Shown in pieces: positions 26,272 to 37,400 of a stretch of DNA of 64,000 nucleotides; positions within the stretch are counted from its first letter, which is position 1; every line of letters starts with the position of its first letter. Under the pieces are notes generated by a model. The model searched no databases and was not told where the DNA came from. It worked only from the letters and a program-made list of their open reading frames with translations. The DNA is taken from the NCBI GenBank assembly GCA_017647405.1, contig JAGCKR010000041.1:45218-109217 (forward strand), in the 5' to 3' direction. The translations under genes were made by a program, and so were the position numbers. This DNA comes from Alphaproteobacteria bacterium (GTDB lineage Bacteria > Pseudomonadota > Alphaproteobacteria > CAAHEQ01 > UBA3637).

Positions 26272-27078
26272 TTAAACATTTATATCATTTGCAGGGGCTG
26301 TTTGCAAGTCTCTTTGAAAAATATTTTGAAGAACATTGATGATTTCTTGACGTCCGCTTAATGCAGATGGAGATGTGTGCATATTAAGGCCGTTTTCTTT
26401 TAAATCCATCATTGTTAAGCCTTTTAAGAATAACTCACGATAGATAACACGATCTGAAACACCGGCAGATAATGTGTAATGAATTCGGCGGGAAAGAGCA
26501 TTTAAAAGCGTTGTCATCAACTGAGAGTTTTTGCTCTTCGTATATGTTAAACGGTTTCTAACAATCAACCAATGAAGAGGCGGTTTGCGTTCAATCATAC
26601 GTTGTTGACGTGTTGACCAAACTTTTTGAGAAAAGTGACTTGGTCCTTTAATACGCAAAGATCCGGTATCCACTTGAGCCAAAACATCCAAATCAATTAA
26701 ACTGTCATTGAGTGGAGTAATGAGTGTATCTGCTAAAACCATGGCTTCTTGAGAATAATCACTGCTGCTACCCGGTGTATCAACGATCACAAAATCAGCA
26801 GTTTCTTTTGCTTTTTCAATTTGCCCACGAATGGTATAAATTTTTGCCATTTCATCTGTCCAATGTGTATGAACAGGCATTGGAATCGGGGTGCCCATAT
26901 TCTTTAAAAATTGTTCTCTGTTTTCAAGATAATGAGTGAGAGAGCCTTGTGGATAATCTAAGTCAAAAGAAACAACTTTTTTTCCTAAGCGCAATAAAGC
27001 AACAATAATATGCATGGCAAGAGTGGATTTTCCAGTGCCACCCTTTTCATTTGCAAATACGATAACATGAGCAGTCAT
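26272..27078 (-). CDS. mipZ: ParA-like division-site ATPase MipZ
   Basis: VIVFANEKGGTGKSTLAMHI deviant Walker A. IVDTPG, WLIVRNRL and DRVIYRELF are colinear with Caulobacter MipZ as remembered. Confidence 0.75.
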   Translation of the reverse strand: MTAHVIVFANEKGGTGKSTLAMHIIVALLRLGKKVVSFDLDYPQGSLTHYLENREQFLKNMGTPIPMPVHTHWTDEMAKIYTIRGQIEKAKETADFVIVDTPGSSSDYSQEAMVLADTLITPLNDSLIDLDVLAQVDTGSLRIKGPSHFSQKVWSTRQQRMIERKPPLHWLIVRNRLTYTKSKNSQLMTTLLNALSRRIHYTLSAGVSDRVIYRELFLKGLTMMDLKENGLNMHTSPSALSGRQEIINVLQNIFQRDLQTAPANDINV

Positions 27079-27295
27079 TTTTTATTCCCTCAAATTTAAG
27101 TGGTCAAAATAAGCAATTGTTTATTAAAGCCAAAAAAAATGTTTTCCACGATAAAGAAAACAATTGCTTATAAAAATTTTCTTCAATTTTTTGTTATAAT
27201 TATCATAATTTTTGCTAAAAGTCAATAAGGATATTGAAAAAAGAAATAAGTTATGGTATGCACAAAAAAATAAAGAATAAAGTTTATGATAGGTT

Positions 27296-27326
27296 CTTGA
27301 ATTTTAAATAAAACTGCTTATATATG
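27296..27326 (+). promoter_or_regulatory. Candidate alphaproteobacterial sigma32 (RpoH) heat-shock promoter for htpG
   Basis: CTTG-N17-CTTATATATG fits the remembered alpha-type consensus CTTG-N17/18-CYTATNTNNG. Lies 27 nt upstream of the htpG ATG. Confidence 0.4.
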
Positions 27327-27352
27327 TATGCATGAAATGAAAGGATAAAAAG

Positions 27353-29209
27353 ATGACAGAAGAAAAAATTGAGTTTAAGGCTGAGGTAAGCAAGGTTTTA
27401 GATATTGTGATTCATTCATTATATTCAAATAAAGAGATTTTTTTAAGAGAATTAATTTCAAATGCTTCTGATGCTTCTGATAAATTAAGATATGCTCTTT
27501 TATTGCATCCGGAATTAGCTTCAAAAACAGGTGAGTTTAAAATTATTTTAACGCCGGATAAATTAAATAAAACATTAACAATAACCGATAACGGTATTGG
27601 AATGAATAAAGAAGATTTAATCAATCATTTGGGAACGATTGCCAGATCCGGTTCTGCTGAATTTATTAAATCATTAACGGGCGATAAACAAAAAGATATG
27701 GCGTTGATTGGGCAATTTGGTGTTGGTTTTTATTCGGCATTTATGGTGGCAGATAAGGTAATAGTTAAAACTAAAAAAGCCGGTGATGACAAAGGATACA
27801 TTTGGCAATCAACCGGTGCAGATTCTTTTACGATTGAAGAAGATGATTCATTGCCGATCGGAACAAGCATTATTCTTTCATTGAAGAAAGATGATGAAGA
27901 GTTTTTAGAACCTATTCGCTTGCGTCATTTAGTGCGTCAATATTCAGATCATATTTCCATTCCAATTATTTTAAAAGAGGGTGCAAAAGAAGAAACTATT
28001 AACTCGGCAAGTGCGTTGTGGACAAGGCCTAAATCAGAAATTACGACAGAGCAATATAAAGACTTTTATCAATCTGTTTCGCATGCGTTTGATGAACCAT
28101 GGATGACGATGCATTATAAGGCAGAGGGAACAATTGATTATACAGCACTTTTATTTGTGCCGACCAAACCGCCATTCAATCTTTTTCAGCCGGATAGAAA
28201 ATCAAATCTTCAACTTTATGTAAATCGAGTGTTTATTTCTGATGATTTGCCGGAATTGATGCCATTTTTCTTAAGATTTATGACTGGTGTGATTGATACG
28301 AATGATTTGCCTCTTAATGTATCACGTGAAATGCTTCAAAAAACACCGGTGATGCAAAAAATTAAAAAGGGAATTGTTAAACGCATTTTAAATGAACTTA
28401 AAAAACGATCTGAAGATAAAGAAGATTATAAAAAATTCTGGGACTCTTTTGGTATCGTCTTTAAAGAAGGATTGTATGAGCCGATTGATGAACGTGCAGA
28501 AGTTGCAGATCTTTGTCGTTTTAATCAAACAGCTTCAGATGATTTAATTAGTTTTGATGAGTATGTTTCTTCTATGAAAGAAGGACAAGAAAATATTTAT
28601 TATTTGACTGGAACGAATATTGACTCACTTAAAAATAATCCGCAATTGGAAGGATTTGCTGCGCGGGGTATTAATGTGTTACTTTTAACAGATCCGATTG
28701 ATGAATTCTGGATTCAAACATATACGGAACACAAAGGTAAAAAAATTATTTCTGTGATGCATGCCGGTGCTGATTTGGAAAAAATTAAACTTGAAAATGA
28801 ACCAACGGAAAAAGCACTTGATAAGGATAAAGAAAAAGAGCTTTTAAAGCGTATTAAAGAAACATTAAAAGAAAGCGTTAAAGATGTTCAGGTAACAGAT
28901 CGATTAACAAAAAGTCCGTTTGCACTTATTACCCCAAGTGGGATGATGAGTTTGAATTTGGAACGATTGATGAAAGCACATGGGCAACAAATTGCGATGA
29001 ATAGTGATCGGATTTTGGAAATTAATCCTCGTCATGAAGTTATCCACAAGTTGGCTGATATGCTGGGTAATAAAGAGGTGGATGAAAAAATTAATGATGC
29101 AATTTTAGTTTTATTTGATCAAACGTTGATTGCTGAAGGTGAGCCATTGAAAGATCCGGCAGCTTTTTCAAAACGATTAACAAATTTCGTTTTAAACGGA
29201 TTAGCATAA
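27353..29209 (+). CDS. htpG: Molecular chaperone HtpG (Hsp90)
   Basis: 618 aa. FKAEVSKVLDIVIHSLYSNKEIFLRELISNASDA, GQFGVGFYSAFMVA. Confidence 0.95.
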   Translation: MTEEKIEFKAEVSKVLDIVIHSLYSNKEIFLRELISNASDASDKLRYALLLHPELASKTGEFKIILTPDKLNKTLTITDNGIGMNKEDLINHLGTIARSGSAEFIKSLTGDKQKDMALIGQFGVGFYSAFMVADKVIVKTKKAGDDKGYIWQSTGADSFTIEEDDSLPIGTSIILSLKKDDEEFLEPIRLRHLVRQYSDHISIPIILKEGAKEETINSASALWTRPKSEITTEQYKDFYQSVSHAFDEPWMTMHYKAEGTIDYTALLFVPTKPPFNLFQPDRKSNLQLYVNRVFISDDLPELMPFFLRFMTGVIDTNDLPLNVSREMLQKTPVMQKIKKGIVKRILNELKKRSEDKEDYKKFWDSFGIVFKEGLYEPIDERAEVADLCRFNQTASDDLISFDEYVSSMKEGQENIYYLTGTNIDSLKNNPQLEGFAARGINVLLLTDPIDEFWIQTYTEHKGKKIISVMHAGADLEKIKLENEPTEKALDKDKEKELLKRIKETLKESVKDVQVTDRLTKSPFALITPSGMMSLNLERLMKAHGQQIAMNSDRILEINPRHEVIHKLADMLGNKEVDEKINDAILVLFDQTLIAEGEPLKDPAAFSKRLTNFVLNGLA

Positions 29210-29314
29210 AACAAAAAATGGGGCGCCGTAAAAAAGCGCCTCTTTTTATATCCGAAAGAAGAGAATTGTTTTTTCATTTTTGATACTCCATTTAAATAAA
29301 AAAAGGAGTGTTAA

Positions 29315-30049
29315 ATGAGTGAAGATGAAAATAATTTAAATCAAAAAGTTTCTTGCTTGAGAATAGGGGATAAAGCTCCTTCATTTGAGGCAGATTCAAC
29401 AATGGGAAAAATTTCTTTTCCGGTTGATTTTGAAGGGCATTGGGTCATTTTATTTTCACATCCTTCGGATTTTAGTCCGGTATGCACAACTGAATTTATT
29501 TTCTTTGCTGAAATGATGAAAGAGTTTGAAAGTTTGAATACAAAATTAATCGGGTTATCAGTTGATGGGCTTTCAAGTCATTTAGAATGGCTTTATAAAA
29601 TTGAAACAGAGATCTCTTTTCATGGAATTACAAATACAAAAATTAAATTTCCACTGATTGCGGATTTATCTGGAGAGATTGCTTCTTTATATGGAATGAT
29701 TCATCCAAATGTTTCGCTTGTTAAAGCGGTTCGTAGTGTGTTTTTTATTGATCCTCAAGGGGTTATTCGGTCGATTTTATTTTATCCTTTTTCAACGGGA
29801 AGAAATTTTGATGAAATTAGAAGAATTTTAATCAGTTTGCAACTTTCTGACAAATTAAATATTTCAACGCCTGCTAATTGGCAACCTGGGGATGAAGTTG
29901 TTCGAAAAGCACCGGATACTATTGCAGATTTGGAAAAGGACCAAAAGAAAAATCAAAATAAATCCGGTGCTTGGTTTTTATCATTAGAAGAGCTTTCAAA
30001 AGAGGATGTTGAAATGGCTCTGCGTGTGAGAAAGCATAAGCTTAATTAA
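29315..30049 (+). CDS. 1-Cys/Prx6-type peroxiredoxin
   Basis: WVILFSHPSDFSPVCTTEF peroxidatic-Cys motif; 244 aa with a C-terminal extension. Confidence 0.85.
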   Translation: MSEDENNLNQKVSCLRIGDKAPSFEADSTMGKISFPVDFEGHWVILFSHPSDFSPVCTTEFIFFAEMMKEFESLNTKLIGLSVDGLSSHLEWLYKIETEISFHGITNTKIKFPLIADLSGEIASLYGMIHPNVSLVKAVRSVFFIDPQGVIRSILFYPFSTGRNFDEIRRILISLQLSDKLNISTPANWQPGDEVVRKAPDTIADLEKDQKKNQNKSGAWFLSLEELSKEDVEMALRVRKHKLN

Positions 30050-30329
30050 TTGTTTTTCGCTTATATGGATTGCCGTAGCTTAGACTGACCGGAGCATTTT
30101 CACTAATCATACAATCAAAAAGAAAGTATGGCTCTGCCTGACCCGAAAAAAGTTCATCCAAATAATATTTTATTTCTTCTTCAACTGATTGTTCCAGTTC
30201 CCGTGGGGGAATTTTATGGAGTGGACATTTAAAATCAATCATTAAATCATCTTGAATGCGTTGCAATCTTTTTTGAATGCCTCGTTCTATGATTTCATAT
30301 CGTTTAGCTTTTTCTTCTTGTGTTAACAT
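30042..30329 (-). CDS. Hypothetical 95-aa protein (separate transcription unit downstream of the virB terminator)
   Basis: ORF with a GGAGG RBS (aaaggaggctaaATG on the minus strand) and no recognisable motif. Confidence 0.4.
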   Translation of the reverse strand: MLTQEEKAKRYEIIERGIQKRLQRIQDDLMIDFKCPLHKIPPRELEQSVEEEIKYYLDELFSGQAEPYFLFDCMISENAPVSLSYGNPYKRKTIN

Positions 30330-30416
30330 TTAGCCTCCTTTATGCTATTGTTGAATGTTTTTGTTGTATATTATACATATAATACATAAAATAAATAAGT
30401 CAATAGTATAAGGTAT

Positions 30417-30455
30417 AAAAAAAAGAGATTTTATAAAAAATATAAAATCTCTTTT
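30417..30455 (-). terminator. Strong rho-independent terminator closing the virB operon
   Basis: aaagagattttata aaaaa tataaaatctcttt: a 13-14-bp perfect stem with a T-run on the minus strand, about 27 nt after the virB11 stop. Confidence 0.85.
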
Positions 30456-30481
30456 GAGGAAGCATATTTCTAAATGGTGTA

Positions 30482-31471
30482 TTAAGTAACCTCTGTAACG
30501 GCGCGGATGTTTCCATCTCTGTTAATTTGAACAACGCGCAGTTTCTCTTTCATTTCACGATATGTTTTTTCTCGATCCGTTGTTGGATAGGAATGCAAAA
30601 TTCGGCCAATAAATGCTTTATAAGCAGCATCAGGATTTTCAGCGTGGATGGTGGCAAAACAGTTGTCATGCCCAGATCCCATTAATTCCCACAACGCGCC
30701 GGCATTTGATGTTGAAATTTCGCCACCAATAATAGCATCTGGTGTGAAACGAACAGCAAGGTCAATCACTTTTTTATAATCAAAGTTATTCGTTAATTCT
30801 GTACGTGGTAAAACGATGTGTACACGGTTTTTATGTGGCACAATGAGTTCTCGGGTATCTTCAATCGTTAAGATGCGTTTATGCGGGTCTAAAACCTTTA
30901 TAAGGTTATTTAAAAAGGTTGTTTTACCCGTCGCTGTTGCCCCTGAAATTAAAACGTGGTCTCCGCGTTTAATTGAAAGCATTAAACGCTCAAAAGGATC
31001 ATCCGGATCTTCAACTTGTTTCAAGCGATTAAGTGGGCGTAATCTTTCACCGACTGAAAGACCGAAATCGCTCATGGAAATGTTTACATCTTCTTTATAA
31101 ACACGAATAGCCATAGCGATTCCACCGGTTAAATCGTTGTTGTCATACATAACGTTTCTGCCAGCAATCCCAGTAAAACGATGTCCGCCGGGGAGGGTGG
31201 CATAAACGGTTGGTGTTCCTTGTGTCGGGTCAAAAGCATAATCATAGGAATTCGCAATAATATACATGATATTATTAAGGTATTCCCTTGTTAATTTGGG
31301 GTCATCATAATAATGCCACGGGTGCGCATGCCTACCTCTTAGACGTAACCAAATGCCGCCTGGAGAATCAATAGCAACTTCTTCAACATTATCTTGGTTA
31401 TACCAATAAGCTATCGGCCTGAGGGCTGATTCTAAAACCTTATAGGTATCTGCAATTGATATTTCCCCCAT
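30482..31471 (-). CDS. virB11: Type IV secretion ATPase VirB11
   Basis: 329 aa. Walker A SGATATGKTTFLN, TIEDTREL, GGEISTSNAGALWELMGSGH, ATIHA. Confidence 0.9.
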   Translation of the reverse strand: MGEISIADTYKVLESALRPIAYWYNQDNVEEVAIDSPGGIWLRLRGRHAHPWHYYDDPKLTREYLNNIMYIIANSYDYAFDPTQGTPTVYATLPGGHRFTGIAGRNVMYDNNDLTGGIAMAIRVYKEDVNISMSDFGLSVGERLRPLNRLKQVEDPDDPFERLMLSIKRGDHVLISGATATGKTTFLNNLIKVLDPHKRILTIEDTRELIVPHKNRVHIVLPRTELTNNFDYKKVIDLAVRFTPDAIIGGEISTSNAGALWELMGSGHDNCFATIHAENPDAAYKAFIGRILHSYPTTDREKTYREMKEKLRVVQINRDGNIRAVTEVT

Positions 31472-31484
31472 TTTTTACCCTTTT

Positions 31485-34400
31485 TTAAAATAACTTATCC
31501 GATGAGCCTGTTTTTGGAAGAACCGGTGTTACTTTTCTTTCTTTAACAGGTTGTTTTTCAACGCTGTCACCTGTATAGATAGGTTGATTATCTTCTTCTT
31601 TATCAGATGATTTTTTATCATCGGCATGATATTTATCAGATGGTTGGTAATATTTGCTATCATCAGCAGCTGGTGTTTCATCTGTTGTTTTATCATCCTC
31701 TTCTTCAACAACCTCTTCTTCTACTTCTTCCTCTTCTTCTTTTTGGGAAGCCGTTCTGTTGTCAACCCATGAAGAGGTATCAGGTTTTTGTGCTTCCATT
31801 GATGGTTCTTCGGCTTCAGCAACATCATCTTCTTCAGATCTTAGCCACAAATCTTCATTCGGGAAGACGGTTAAGCGAGTTCCTGATGGCACGTAAATCA
31901 CAACAGGAATATTTGCAGAATCTTGAACAAGTTGATCAAAGATTGTTTGCATAGATTCAATGAAGTTTTCACGGGCATCATTTGCAGCTTCTGTTTTTGA
32001 AGATGTAATTGTATTTCCATATTGATCTTGATACATATCGGCATTTGTTGCCATCATATATGAAATAGCAGAAGTGACAACACTTGTCATAATTGGTTTA
32101 CCGAATTTCTTAACCAATTCATCATCAAGATAGGCTGCAACACCGCCACGACCTTGAGCATCACCAGATTTTCCTTCAAAGGAGAACGCTCCGCCATCCG
32201 GACGAATTAAACGTTGCCAGGTAATTTCAAGTTTGGCTGCTCGTTTATCACTGCCTTGTTCACCTGCAAACGTTCCGATTAATCTAGAGCCTGCTGGAAT
32301 GATAATATTTCTTCCTTTTTCAGAATAAATATGTCTTTCAACAATAGCAGTTACAGGTGCATCTGAATATCTAGAGTCAATAGATCTTGTTAAAACAGCT
32401 GGAATAGCTTTATCTTTTAAGATCATACGAGACATATCAACCGGATATGAAGAAACGATTTTATTAACACCGATTGATTTCCAGTTAGCATCAGCTTTTT
32501 TGCGCGCCATAGCTTTGATTTTTGAATTTGGTGTAATCAACCCTCTGGAGCTCATTCCCGCTTTCATGCCTTCTCTTTTTTTGGTTAACAATTCTTGCAT
32601 TTGTTGAACTTGTTCCGGTGTGGGTTTCATTTTTTTATCAGCAAAATTTGGTCTGATACGGCCTTGTTCATCACCTGTTGTGCTTAATGGACGCCCATCC
32701 ATAGAATAAGGACGACCATCTTGAACATATCCAATCATAATACCGTTATCATCTAAAATGGATCCATCCGGTGTGACTTCATATAATTTACTTCCAAACG
32801 GAATACGACGTGTGCCGGCTTTTCCATAACCGCCTTTGCCACTTACTAATGATTCAAGTTCTTCAGCAGAAAGCGCTTGACGTAATTTTTCTAATTCTTC
32901 CGGTGTTAAGAAATCTTCCAAAGCAGCCAAACCTTTTTCAGCAAGAGCTTGACGTAATTTTTCTAATTCTTCCGGTGTGAGATATTTACTTAATTCTTTC
33001 CATACATTGGATGCGCTTGTTTTTATGCCACATTTATCTAGGCGAACATCAACACCTTTGATTTGCCCCATTGATTGACCATCTTTATCAAACAACATAC
33101 CATCTTCACGAATAGTTGCATAAATTTCGCCATTCAGATCAATGATAGAGCCATTCGGTGTAATTGTGGCAATTTTTTCATTTTGAAGATTGAAAACATC
33201 ACAACCTGAAATTTTACCAAACACGTTTCCATTGGCATCAACAAGCAATCCGCTTTCAATATCGATTGGTAACTCACCATTGTCAGAAAGTTCACCAATG
33301 CGATTTCCATTAGCATCAACGATTTCACCTGTTGGCAAAACTTGAGCAATAAATTCACCTTTGTTATTTGTGATAATGCCATCAGCAGAGAAAGTACCTT
33401 TGATGTTGCCATTTTCGTCAAAAATCAATTCTTTATCTCTACCTGTATTCCAACCGATAACATTACCATTTTCATCGATAACTTTACCGTCTGCTGTTAA
33501 TGTTCCGATTTTCTCACCATTTATATCAACAACAGAGCCATCTAAAGTGACACGACCTTTGGGTTTGCCGTCTTCACCAAGGATAAGTCCGCGTTCTTGT
33601 GTAGCCCCAATTACTTCGCCTGTTTTATGGTCAACAACGGTTCCATCATTTCGGCTACATCCGATATTAATTCCATTGGTGTCAACAACGGTTGAGTCTG
33701 GCATGGTTCTACCGATATATTTTCCTTCGGGTGACATAACAATACCATTTCTAGTAACGCGACCGATTTTTTCGCCGGCAGAATTAATGGCCCATTTATT
33801 TGGTAAAATTCGACCAACAACTGTTCCTTTTGCATCGATAACTTGTCCGTTAAAGGCGGCTTGTCCAACAACTTTACAGTCATTTGTGATTAAATAGGAG
33901 GGGATAAGAGCACCGGTGATTTTGTATGTGCCTTCTTTAACGGTTCCATTAACAGCGATTTTACCCTTTAATTCACCATTAGGCAAAACAATCTGCCCAT
34001 TATGAATTAATGTTCCCATAAACGAGCCTTCTTGAGAGATAGCTGTATAGAATGGTAAAACAGCACCTGCTAACGGTTCATTCTTCCCTAATATTGTTCC
34101 GTCATCTAAAATGCGAAGTGTTTTATTATCAGTTGCATCTAAAATATCCCCTGATAAGGTTGTTCTTCCCAAAACTTCACCGCGATAACTAAAAGGTAAC
34201 CCTTGTTGAACAAGACCACCTTTTTGAGGCATGGTGTTGAATAAAGAACGTTCTCGAATACCGGCCACAGATCCATCACTTAATGCTCTTCCGGTCATTT
34301 GATTGTCTTTACCGATAACGGCTCCATCGGCTGCAACTGTTCCAAGAATTTTGGCATAATCATCAACCGCAACTCCAAATGGTGCTTTACCACCAGCCCA

Positions 34401-37400
34401 TACGTTATCTGTTGTCAACGCAACACCAAGAGGCATTTGAACGGCAATATTTTTTTCATCTTGATTTGTGATAACCGCAGCTGTTTGTGTTTTACCAATT
34501 AAAAGTCCCGATTTACCAACGAATGTAGAGACAGGTAATGTCATACCTCGGATAAGATCTTTTTCGTTATAAAGAGCTCTGGTACCGGCAACAACAGATT
34601 CTTTTTTGCCTCTTAAGAAGATTGTTCCGTTTAAGCTTTCACGCCCAACTGTATTCAATGCATTTGAAACAGCAGGTCCGGCATTTAAAACATTTCCTTG
34701 AATTTGTTTGATTAAATTGGTGGTTAACCCATTCATCATAACAGAACCAACAGGTTTTGAACTGCCGAGACTTAAAATGCTTCCGTTTGTTGAAACAAGA
34801 CCAATTGTTTTAGCGGCACTGTTTTCAGAAACAAACAAATCTTTATCTGTTAATCTGGCAATGAAGTTACCATCTTTTGTAACAGTTTGTGGTGCAATAA
34901 CAAGACCTTTAATCTTGCCTTTTGCATCAATAGCTTCCCCATATTCATTAATCAAATATGTTGTTTGATTGTTATCTGTAAATCCAACAGAATTAAGAGG
35001 AATAAATGTTCCGGTGATATCTCCCTTGCTATTTGCAATGCGATTATCTGATAATGCATATCCTAAAACAGATTTTCCAAGACTGATTCGCCCATCTGAT
35101 TGCAAGATACCGGCAAATTTACCAGAGTTATCCACCGCAACACCTTGTGGTAAAACTCGGCCGACAACTTCATCCATATTGTTATAAATGAAATCAGAAG
35201 CATAAAGATATCCTTTATCTTTTTCTGTTTGGATCGTGTTGTTAATAGACATATAACCCAATAAAGCACCATTTGGTTTGACAGCCAATCCGGTTTTAAC
35301 AAGATAACCGATTTGTGTGCCAGCTTTATCAAGAGCAATGCCATTTGTCATCAGTCTACCGATTGATCTTGCGTTTTTCCCAAGTAAATCAGCATCAAAA
35401 CTTGTCCACCCGATTAATTCATTTTTTGTGTCAACATAAATACCGAACGGAAGCATTCTACCGATAACACCGTCATTTTCATTAATAACTAATCCAAACG
35501 GAGTTGCTTGACCGGCAATATTACCATTTTTATCCATAATGGCACCGGTGACGCTTGGATAACCGATTAATTCTTCACCCGAAAAGGCAACGGACAAACG
35601 TTTAAAGACGCCACCGATGATTTTTTCATCTGATGAAATAGCAATTCCGTTCGCAAGAATTTTACCGATAACGGTCTTCTTTGGAGAAACAACTTCCCCT
35701 TTGGGAGTAACAGATCCAATTTCTTTTCCAAGAACAGATAAAACTGTTCCCTGTGGCATGATAAATCCAAGAACTTTTCCGTCTTTATCTGTTACGGTTC
35801 CGTTTGCTCTGATTGCACCGATAACATCGCCATCTGTGTTTTTAAGGGTACCATCAACCGTCATTGTTCCGAGATAATTATTATCTACATCAAGGAAAGA
35901 TGTTTTATCAGGAATAAGTGTACCGATAATTTGTTGTGTTTCACCACTGATAGCTGTGAGATTTGGTAATATACGTGCAAATTTTTCACCTTCTTGATTC
36001 AAACCATATCCAATTTTTGAATTATAGCGGCCAAGAATTAAACCTTCCGGTGAAACGATAACACCATCTGGTGGAATAACACCCAAAAATTTTCCTTTTT
36101 CATCAGAAACGATTCCGTTGGAATCAATAGTACCGATAACATTACCATTTTGGTCAATCACTTTATTGCCCATAACTGACCAGCCAGTTGGTGTTCCGTC
36201 TGCGCCTAACACAACGCCGCCAGATCCGCTTGTCCCTGTTTCACCAACAAGGGTACCAAGAACTTCTTTTCCATCAAGAGAAATAACAGAACCGTCTTCT
36301 TGTAAACAACCGATTATTTTACCTTTTAAGTCCATAACTTTACCATCTAAACGAACACGTCCGATGATAACTCCTTCAGCATTTTTAACAACGCCTTTAA
36401 TTGCCATGGCTCCGATAATTTTTCCGTCATTATTAACAACGGTTCTATCAGGTGTGATACATCCAAATGGTTCATTATTACTATCTGTTAAATCACCGCC
36501 TAAAGTGACAAGACCCAACAAACGACAACCATCAGCGATTGCTGATGCTCTTGGAACAACAACGCCGATGATGCGGTTTTGATCATTTCGTACATAGCTG
36601 TCTGTCATCACTTTTCCGACTTGTTCACCCGAATCGTTAATAGCAATTCCGTTTGGGAAAACTGAACCGATTTGTTGACATCCAAAACCAATAACACGAC
36701 CTTTGGGTAAAATAGCTCCGATTGGTTTTTTGCCTGCCGTCACGGATCCATCTGGATTAATGCAGCCGATAATGGCTCCTTGTGGTCCAACGGCTTTTCC
36801 TTCAGAATTTACAAAACCGATAATTTGGCCTTTTTCATTAATAATCAGACTAAGAGGAATAGCCCCGCCAATATCTGTTCCGGCATTATCAATAACGCTA
36901 CCATCGATAAGTGTTTTTCCAACAGTTTGGTTATAAGAATCACGCACTTCACCATTTTGCATGATTTTGCCGGTTAATTGACAGCCAGGAGCAACGGCAA
37001 CGCCTTGTGGAATTGTTCCCCCAATAAGTTCATTTGCGCTGTTAACAACCAATCCATTTGGTTTCACTGTTCCAAGAACATTATTTGACGCATCCATTAC
37101 TGTTCCGTCCGGAATAATGCCCCCGATAACATTTCCTGTTAAATCGGCAACCAATCCCCATGGAGTTAAAACACCCATGACACGATTATTTAAATTTGCA
37201 ACGGCTCCGTTTGCGAGTGGTTTACCGATAACAGCTCCTTTTTCATTCACAATTGTACCGTCTTTTAAAAGTTTACCAATAATTGTTCCTGTCATATCCA
37301 TTGCAGAAACGATTGGAACAGCGGCACCTAAAACAGTCAATTCGGAATCAACAATCGTGTCATCGCCTAATAAACGGCCAATTTTTTCGCCATTTTCATT

